Shown here piece after piece: positions 36,733 through 64,000 of a DNA stretch of 64,000 bases (positions are counted from its first letter, which is position 1; every line of letters begins with the position of its first letter). The position numbers were made by a program, and so were the translations under genes. This DNA comes from Antedon mediterranea (Eukaryota; Animalia; Echinodermata): the NCBI RefSeq assembly GCF_964355755.1, contig NC_092679.1:14987432-15051431 (forward strand), read 5' to 3'. The notes under the pieces were generated by a model, which worked only from the letters and a program-made list of their open reading frames with translations, did no database searches and had not been told where the DNA came from.

Positions 36733-38488
36733 GGGTGTGTAGAAAGCGACGACCTCGAATTGGACGACCCCAACGACCCGGGCGACCTCGAATTGGACGA
36801 CCTAGAATTGGACGACCCATAACACGAAACCGACGACCCCTATAATAGCCTAGCCTAGCCTAGGCCTAAGTATGGTATAACATCCCGAAGCCGAACATAA
36901 CCAAAGATCTTTAAACCATACCTTATATAATACTCGCAAGCAATCAATTGATTGAAAAAATACAGAAATATCGCCATTTGATACTGAATGTGTCGACACG
37001 AACAAACGAACAGATATGGAACGCCAAGAGTGCATCATTAAAACTGCATTCGACTCGATTAGCACACGAAATATCATAAACATGGCAAACCAGGCCCCTT
37101 TTTCAGCGGCAGGTAAGGTTTGACCATGGAGGTACTCCATGGTTTGACCAGCTCCATGGTTTGGTAAAAATATTTTTATACCTCCATGGTTTGACCGTAT
37201 ACAATGCATGTGTGAAATGTAAAGCTTTCTTATGGCCCTCCCCATGCAGGATTAGGCCAAGTTGAGCCGCCGACAAAGGCGCCGCCAGAAAAACGTTATT
37301 TTCTATGAAACGCCAAATGCTTACTTTCGCCGGTGCTCGTTTCTATTTAATAGAAGTTCTATTTATATTAATTATTAGATATAACGATGTATATTCCAAA
37401 GTTTATATATCACGGTTTTTAGTATATATTATTAAATATTATAATTAAAGAGAAATAATTATGAATATCTGACTTGTAGATTCCAAAATATAAGGCCTAA
37501 AACATGACCGAAAATGATCGTTTTTAGCCAAAAATGACGTAAACATGTTGCCCCCTCAGGCGGCAGTTGAAGTAAAATAATTGCATAAAATCACCGTTTT
37601 TTAGTAAAATATTTTGTGTATTAACATTGTAAAATTCAATAAAATATGATATTAAAAGATAGTAAATAAAAAATAATAATTATTTAACCTCATTCGAAGA
37701 ATATCAATACTCTATTAGTCCTGAGAGACAACGTGATTTTACGTGGTAGGCATACACGCGAGAAAAATATTATGGAGTGCACTGCATTTTTACCTTGAAA
37801 GATTAAAAACAAATAAATTATTAAATATGACTACTTTCCTTTGCTGTTTCAAACCAACAAAATTGTAGTATGTAATTATTATTTATTTTCATGACACAAT
37901 AAACCTAAAGACCATGAACTTATGTAGGGCCTACTAGGACACCACTCTATCACTACGCGAAATGTCGTAAAAGACGCACAGGCCGTTTCATAGAAATTAC
38001 CGGCGGCTCAACTTGTCGGCGGCCCAACCGGTCATATCCCCATGCGGATGTTACGCTGCTTGGTAGGCCTATAGTGTTCGTTATAAGAAAACGAGATGTA
38101 ATTATACGTCCATGGTTTAACCATGTATTGTATAATATTTATTTCTTTTTAATTTATTTTTAATATGTCGAATGCAGTTTTAATGATGCACTCTTGGCGT
38201 TCCATATCTTTTCGTTTGTTCGTGTCGACACAATCAGTATCAAATGGCGATATTTCTTTATTTTTTCAATCAATTGCTTGCTTGCGAGTATTATATGATA
38301 AGGTATAGTTTAAAGATCTTTGGCTATGTTCGGCTTCGGGATGTTATACCACACTTAGGCCTAGGCTAGGCTAGGCTATAGGGGTCGTCGGTTTCGTGTT
38401 ATGGGTCGTTCAATTCGAGGTCGTTCAATTCGAGGTCGCCTGGGTCGTTGGGGTCGTCCAATTCGAGGTCGTCGCTTTCTACACACCC
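36733..38488. mobile_element. Foldback/MULE-like non-autonomous transposon with a nested element (about 37248-38039)
   Basis: About 340-bp TIRs beginning GGGTGTGTAGAAAGCGACGACC with GACGACC subrepeats; 10-bp TSD CAACTGTACT; empty site near 18850. Confidence 0.9.
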
Positions 38489-38589
38489 CAACTGTACTGT
38501 GTTCTCATGTATGTGGATTTCATGTTATATAATATTTTAGATAATTGATAGATAACAGATATGGCGACCTTTTTGAGGTCAAGGACATA

Positions 38590-41500
38590 ACTCTTTGCAA
38601 TACGGTTTTCGTAAATCTCATTCCACTTCACATGCAATCCTTGATCTCATAAATAATGTAACAAATTCGTTTGAAAAAAAACCCCATTTTTTGTTATCTG
38701 TCTTTGTCGACTTATCCAAGGCCTTCGATATTATAGATCACCGTATACTTATTAATAAACTTAACAATTATGTAATCAGGGGTATTACCTTAAACTGGTT
38801 TCGTAAATACTTAAGTATGAGGAAGCAATATGTTCCCTTTGGTATATCTCCGCAGGAGGAGATGGCATGTGGGGTGCCACAAGGCTCTGTTTTTGGTCCT
38901 CTCTCATCTATATATAAATTTACGTAAGGGCAAAATTCGGTAAATCGCGCCTTACTTTTAGAATTTTTACTCGATGGTATGTAAAGTTGGTTCGTACTTT
39001 CGGTACTGATTTTAACCCCCTGATGTAACCCTGTTTACTAATTAAATTAAGTTAGATAATTAGTTATTGACGATTAAAACGAATTTAGGTTCAACGATTT
39101 GCCCCAGATAGGGGTGTTTTCCGATCGTGGTATACACTGTCTAATGGATGTCCATCTTGAAAAATACCCGCCACAAAAATGCGAGGAGGCTTCGCATTTT
39201 CCTATCTCCTCCTACGATAATTGTTTTTAATAGCTGAAAACCGGTTGAACAACTCGAGTACAGTATCATGATGTTGAAGACAGGCCGATTTTCTTAAAAA
39301 AATACTATTTTGATAGATTTAATATACGTTTATACAAATGTATTGATTTGCGATGAATGGAACATTCCAATCTCTGTGTCGTTCCACAAGTGTCTATTCC
39401 CTCAGGCGTCGTAAAGGAAAGTACTGTATACTCATAACAGAAATTCGATCCATTTTTTTTTTCAATCTGTGCTGCAGAGGTTGGATATAATTTTTTTTAA
39501 ACGGATAATGAGCTAGCGTTTTCAGTCGCCGTAATTTAATATTTATTACCGATTAAATCGAATTATGATTTGCCCTGAATAGAGGTGGTTTTCACAAATT
39601 GTTTAACATTATATATAAACATACGTCGTAGTGTATCGTTACATGTACTGTACTATTTCAATCGACTACGACGGTGATAGTTTCAACAAAGTATTACATC
39701 GCAATGTTTTACTGTGTTTAGTGGTATATTATTTGTAAAACATGTTAATTAATATTTCGTTACAAAATAAAGAATATATTTAAAAATTGTTCCTCTTTGC
39801 ACCCATCCTCTTCCCCATCTCTCAACCATAATGTTACATACAAAACACAAATTAAGTTTGTTTAAATTGGTCTCATTTTGTGACAACTTTCTCTTTCGGA
39901 AGTAATTCCCAGTGTGCTAATTTTAGTTGAGTACATAAATCACAGTGTCTATTTAATCGTTCCTGTAAACGACATATATTATTGTCCTGCATTATTGTAC
40001 ATTTGAAATCGCCAGTTTTTTAACGCTGAAATTACTGTCTATTCGAGAACCATCTGTGGGCACGACCTAGATGGTACGCGAGCGAAGCGAGCGTACCATC
40101 TAGTCTATATATAAATTTACGTAAGGGCAAAATTCGGTAAATCGCGCCTTACTTTTAGAATTTTTACTCGATGGTATATAAAGTTGGTTCGTACTTTCGG
40201 TACTGATTTTAACCACCTGATGTAACCCTGTTTACTAATTGAATTAAGTTAGATAATTAGTTATTGACGATTAAAACGAATTTAGGTTCAACGATTTGAA
40301 AATAGGGGTGTTTTCCGATCGTGGTATACACTGTCTAATGGATGTCCATCTTGAAAAATACCCGCCACAAAAATGCGAGGAGGCTTCGCATTTTCCTATC
40401 TCCTCCTACGATAATTGTTTTTAATAGCTGAAAACCGGTTGAACAGCTCGAGTACAGTATCATAATGTTGAAGACAGGCCGATTTTCTTAAAAAAATACT
40501 ATTTTGATAGATTTAATATACGTTTATACAAATGTATTGATTTGCGATGAATGGAACATTCCAATCTCTGTGTCGTTCCACAAGTGTCTATTCCCTCAGG
40601 CGTCGTAAAGGAAAGTACTGTATACTCATAACAGAAATTCGATCCATTTTTTTTTAAATCTGTGCTGCAGAGGTTGGATTTAGATTTTTTTTAACGGATA
40701 ATGATGAGCTAGCGTTTTCAGTCGCCGTATATTATGTACAAATCTTTATTATTGCAGTTAAACCACCCACGTGACATCATCACCCTTCCCTCACTGGCAT
40801 GAGTAGCGTTGTAAAGCCAGTAGAGGATAGGCCTACGGTGCATCACATGCCCTAAACGCAGAACAACTTTGGTGGGTAGGGTTAGGAACCAACTTAAGTA
40901 TGAATTGGCTCTAAGAAACAATTGAAAACCATTAGGCCTACTAATTAAGTTGAGTTAGATGATTTAATATTTATTGACGATTAAATCGAATTTATGATTT
41001 GCCACGAATAGGGGTGGTTTTCACAAATTGTTTTACATTATATAAACATATTATACACGTCGTAGTGATGTATCGTTACATGTAGGCCTACTATACTATT
41101 TCAATCGACTAGGACGGTGATAGTTTCAACAAAGTATTACATCGCAATGTTTTACTGTGTTTAGTGGTATATTATTTGTAAAACATGAAAACAATTAATA
41201 TTTCGTTACTACATGGATAAAGAATATATTTAAAAATTGTTCCTCTTTGCATCCATTTCCCATCCCTCAACCCTAATGTTACATACAAAACACAAATTAA
41301 GTTTGTTTAAATTTGACTTAAACAATTGGTCTCATTTTGTGACAAGTTTCTCTTTCGGAAGTAATTCCCAGGGTGCTAATTTTAGTTGAGTACATAAATC
41401 ACAGTGTCTATTTATTCGTTCCTGTAAACGACATGTATTATGTCCTGCGGTACGTACATTTGAAATCGCCAGTTTTTTAACGCTGAAATTATTATGTATT

Positions 41501-42430
41501 CGAGAACCATCTGTGGGCACGACCTAGATGGTACGCGAGCGAAGCGAGCGTACCATCTAGTTTTTCTAATTTACGTAAATGACTTATCCAGTGACACACT
41601 CCATGTCATCTCCTTTGCTGATGACACTACACTTTTTTTTCTCATTCAGATTTAAATGTTTTATTTTCTATAGTTAATAATGAATTGTCAAAATATAATG
41701 ACTGGTTCATCTCAAATAAACTCCTTATAAACTCCATGGAAACCAATTACATTCTTTTTCATTTACAACGTCATTCGTTAGACCTCTCAAATTACAATAT
41801 ATTTATTAATGTAGATAACATTAAACAAACGTCAGAGACTATGTTCCTTGGTGTTTTAATCCAGGAAAACTTGAGATGGACCAGTCATCAGAATCATATT
41901 GCAAACAAATTTCTAAACAACCTTAAGCACACTTTTCCTCAGCGTATTCTTCTTTCATTATCTAATTCTTTAATTTGACCTTATCTTCATTATTGTAACA
42001 TAATTTGGGCTGCTGATTATTCATCTCATCTCGATAAACTTAATTAGCTGATTAAGCGTGCTATTAGAAATATTATTTTTACGTCTCGCATTACTCCATC
42101 TGAACTTTTATTTTATGAACTTAAGTTACTGAAGTTATTAAAAAATTGTTATTAAATTGCTAAGTGCCTCTTTTGTTTTTCAATCTTCCTTCTCCCATGA
42201 TTATTTTATTTAACATGCACTGCTGATTTCAACCATGGTCATACTTTAAGAAGTACTGTTCATAAGTTTCAGTTAACTATTCCTTTTGTAAGATTAAGCA
42301 GTTCTTCCCACTTTATTATGTTTCTGGCCTTTTAATTTGGAATCAATTAGATACCAGTATTGTTAACTCTTCCTCTCTCCCATTTCATAAAAAAAACTTA
42401 AAAATCATTTATTATCATTGTACTCAAACT
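38590..42430 (+). mobile_element. Duplicate of the decayed L2/Crack-like LINE, split by the Helitron dimer
   Basis: Same RT fragments as 18950-21600. Confidence 0.85.
38907..41560 (+). mobile_element. Head-to-tail dimer of the Helitron-like element (38907-40103, 40104-41560)
   Basis: Exact CTAG|TC junction at 40103/40104; both monomers end in the same hairpin. Confidence 0.88.
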
Positions 42431-44253
42431 AGACCTCCAAACTGTTTTTTGTTGTCATGGAATGAAGTGGATTGATAATTACATTTTTATTTTGCCAATA
42501 ACAATAATACCGTTTACATTTTTTTTTCATCGCTTAAAAAAATATTATATGATAAGCAATTTTGCATGTAAAAGAATAGGATTTTTCTTTACAAGTTTAT
42601 AGGTTGTTGAAAATCAAATTAAAACCTGGACAAAATACAGAAAAACAATAATAACCCTTTTCAGTAGAATGTAATAAATTACCATTCCCTAACATATACA
42701 GTAGTATCTGCATGAACATTCTAGAATAAGAGTGTTTTGATTTAAGAAACCATGTATAATTAATATAGGAACATTCCAGAAGTGCTATTAATAGAAACTG
42801 TAATCCAATAGAATAAGAAGTATAAGGAATGATTTAGAAGGTTATGAACATATTGTATATAAGGGGAAGTATGACAATTGTAAGAAGGGAGAAGGATTTT
42901 TGATTGAAGCATTTATTTTGAAGAAGGTTGGATTAGAGGTTGGATATTCGATTGTAAAAGTTATTGTGAAGCTGTTGTTTAAAGTGCTTACTGGATTGTT
43001 GAAAGTTGAAGTTGATTGAAATTAAAGCTTTGTTTTGAGTTATTTTACAACTTTGTGGATTATTGGTGTATACTTTTATGTCACAAGGGAGTTCCTAAAG
43101 TATTTTCAACCGCTCGGAAACATACGTAAAGGGAGTTCGTGACAAGAAACTCTATGAAATCTCTATAGAATTTTGATAGAGATTTTATTCAATCATTCTA
43201 TAGAAAATCTATAAACGAATTCTATAGAATATTTGATATAAATTCTATAAAATTATATTTATTTGATTCTAAAGAACAAATTTGTAAGGAATATTAACAT
43301 GAACCAATTATCATTGTGTACTTGAATTATATCAACTTTTGCTTGTTTTATATCATCAAGTATTTTCATTTTTCATTGTTGGGAGTGGTTAATTAACTCT
43401 CTGGTTTTATTTTAACAAATGGTCATGGTCCATGCATGTAGTGCCTTCTGGGGGATAGCTTGGTGCAACCGCAAGAAAATCGGCGGGAGGATTTTAATTG
43501 TGTAGCCAAGCAAGCTATAGCTTCTAATTTTATTTGAAGAAAGGTGAATACTTTGAATCATGTACAGTCTTAGCCAAAGGCTGGTATACATAAGTAGTAT
43601 TGTATTATTAACCTAGCTTACAAATACCATGAGTTACATAACATAAGAATCTATGCGTTTTTGGCCTAAATAGTAGTATGAGAATTAGGCCTAGCCTAGG
43701 CCAACAAGCCAGCCAAATTAAGGCCTATATATGGTGACTTGGGATTGGTTAGAGAAGCTAGGCCTAGCTAATTGAGAATTTAAATTGTTTTTTGCCTTCA
43801 AAATAAAAAAGACCTACTTGGCCTAAATAAAAACAACAACACGTTTGCAAGCCTATATCATGATATAAACAATTCTGTCTTTTCTTATTCTATTATTTTA
43901 TAGATCTCGCCATCGTTACCATTACATTATTATATAAAGGACCAAATTATACTGTAAAGCGGTATCCAAATGCTTCTGCTACTTTGCTGGACAGTCATTG
44001 GCCAACAAAGTAAAAGAGATGAACAAAACACCGAAGGTTAGCGTACAGGAATCAGCAGGAAGAAGTTACTGGATAGTTTTATGTTTTGTATATTTTATTG
44101 TACCTCGTCATTTACTTTAATTATATGTACATGTTATATATTATTTTATTAATTCTGTTATTCATTAAAACTCCAACTCATAACTGACCAGTAAAGTGTA
44201 AGCTTTTGTGTAATTATTAGTTTTATATTTTTAATTCTAAATTTGTTATTTAA

Positions 44254-44804
44254 AGATGTTACAGTATTGTCCCTTTGACTAATTCCAAAAAAATATTTTT
44301 TTTTTAATTTCGAAAAAAGTGGGTCATTTTGAAGTATCATAATAGTTATTAACTTTCACCAAAAATTAGTAAAAAAAAAAATAATTTAACCGAAATACAG
44401 ATGTTTTTTTGTTCAAAAAATAACTTTGACTTCCAGTCAAAGTTTTCAATCAAAACATATCCCATAATGCAATGCGCTTGTTTGGCTACTCTGTATGCAT
44501 AATCATAAAACTTCCTCGCGATCTGTGTGAAAACACCTTCTCAACCGTGATGAGTTGTAAACAATCCTAATTAGCATCATGCATAATGCATACTCATGGT
44601 TTGAAATCTTTGTTTACTTTCGCTTGCGACGATTTCTCAGACGAAATGTAATCTAATTAATTTACCTGTTAATTACGTAAACTGTTGTTTTTGGCTTGAA
44701 TTTTCGACTTAAAGTGAATAACTTTAATATTACTTTGATATGGCCAATTTAAATTTAGAATATTTTTTTTTTCATTTTTTTGTGTTTCAAGGGACAATAC
44801 ATCT
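44254..44804. mobile_element. Kolobok-like MITE
   Basis: TTAA TSD (44250-44253 / 44805-44808); TIR AGATG..TATTGTCCC; empty site near 23355. Confidence 0.8.
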
Positions 44805-44948
44805 TTAAGATCCAAAACCTTGATCTTTTAATATATATATCTTTTGATATATTCCCTATTCCCACGTGTAAAGGTACAATTCCAAAACAATCCAGAATAT
44901 AATATATTCTGGATATATATTATATATGTATATATATATATAGCCAAT

Positions 44949-44993
44949 CGGCAGACAGTACTGTTTCGATCTTATTAGATCTCGTCAGTGCAG
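44949..44993 (-). ncRNA. Type I hammerhead ribozyme, repeat B1
   Basis: Core as A1; one stem I mismatch. Confidence 0.82.
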
Positions 44994-45229
44994 CTCAGGT
45001 TTCGAAATGAAATGTACCGCAGAACTGGCACAATATATAGGCTGAGCCAGGTATGCGGGACATGGTACAGTGATTATGAACACAAAGAGTGCACAAGCTC
45101 AACGAGCGTGCTTTGCAAAATGCTAATAGTATTCACAACAAAAATGCACCGTTTCGAAATGAAGAGTGTTCTACAAAACAACATACTATATATGAATATA
45201 GCAGAAAGTAGAGTAGCGTAATATCCAAT

Positions 45230-45276
45230 CTGCAGAGACAGTACTGTTTCGATCTTATTAGATCTCGTCAGTGCAG
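45230..45276 (-). ncRNA. Type I hammerhead variant, repeat B2
   Basis: 281 bp from B1; same UC insertion as A3. Confidence 0.75.
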
Positions 45277-45331
45277 CTCAGGTTTCGAAATGAAATGTAC
45301 CGCAGAACTGGCACAATATATAGGCTGAGCC

Positions 45332-63897
<18,566 letters not shown>

Positions 63898-64000
63898 CTG
63901 AAAAAAAACACACAATTTCTTATTTTTCCCCATATGTTTATTTTATGTTAAGTAGCTCTTCAATTGTACTTTGATATATTTTATGATAGTTCATTCGTTT

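Noticed and set aside
36740-36840. GACGACC repeats with short spacers, CRISPR-like at a glance
   Set aside because: Subrepeats of a transposon TIR, mirrored at 38380-38480; eukaryotic context with no cas genes.
36850-37245. 131-aa ORF in the foldback element, and ORFs at 55531-56047
   Set aside because: No transposase motifs; they lie within non-autonomous element sequence.
43456-43523. About 60-bp indel between ATAGCTT direct repeats, absent in unit 1
   Set aside because: No clear TIR or tail; microhomology deletion is equally likely.

Overview
AT-rich animal genomic DNA with spliceosomal introns. The repeat families suggest a marine invertebrate, possibly an echinoderm, but the taxon cannot be fixed from sequence. 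From left to right: (1) the 5' exons of a minus-strand gene whose protein begins directly with a Rel/NF-kB-type IPT dimerisation domain and has no DNA-binding RHD-N; (2) a near full-length single-ORF LINE; (3) a small two-exon TEX55-like docking-domain gene; (4) Penelope remnants, a minimal hammerhead ribozyme and a tandem array of tRNA-Asp(AUC)-like units; (5) a tandem triplication (about 10.5-54.5 kb) of a five-exon SLC16/MCT-like transporter plus the last two exons of the neighbouring EML5/6-like gene; (6) the 3' twelve exons of that EML gene. The duplication units carry copy-specific insertions (CR1, MULE-like, Kolobok-like, Helitron dimer) and 281-bp tandem repeats, each holding a type I hammerhead ribozyme (retrozyme-like). 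Most promising: the hammerhead repeats, the IPT-first Rel-like gene with nearby kB motifs, a candidate +1 frameshift site in the CR1, and the tRNA-like array. All alignments and folds were done by eye; no database search was run.
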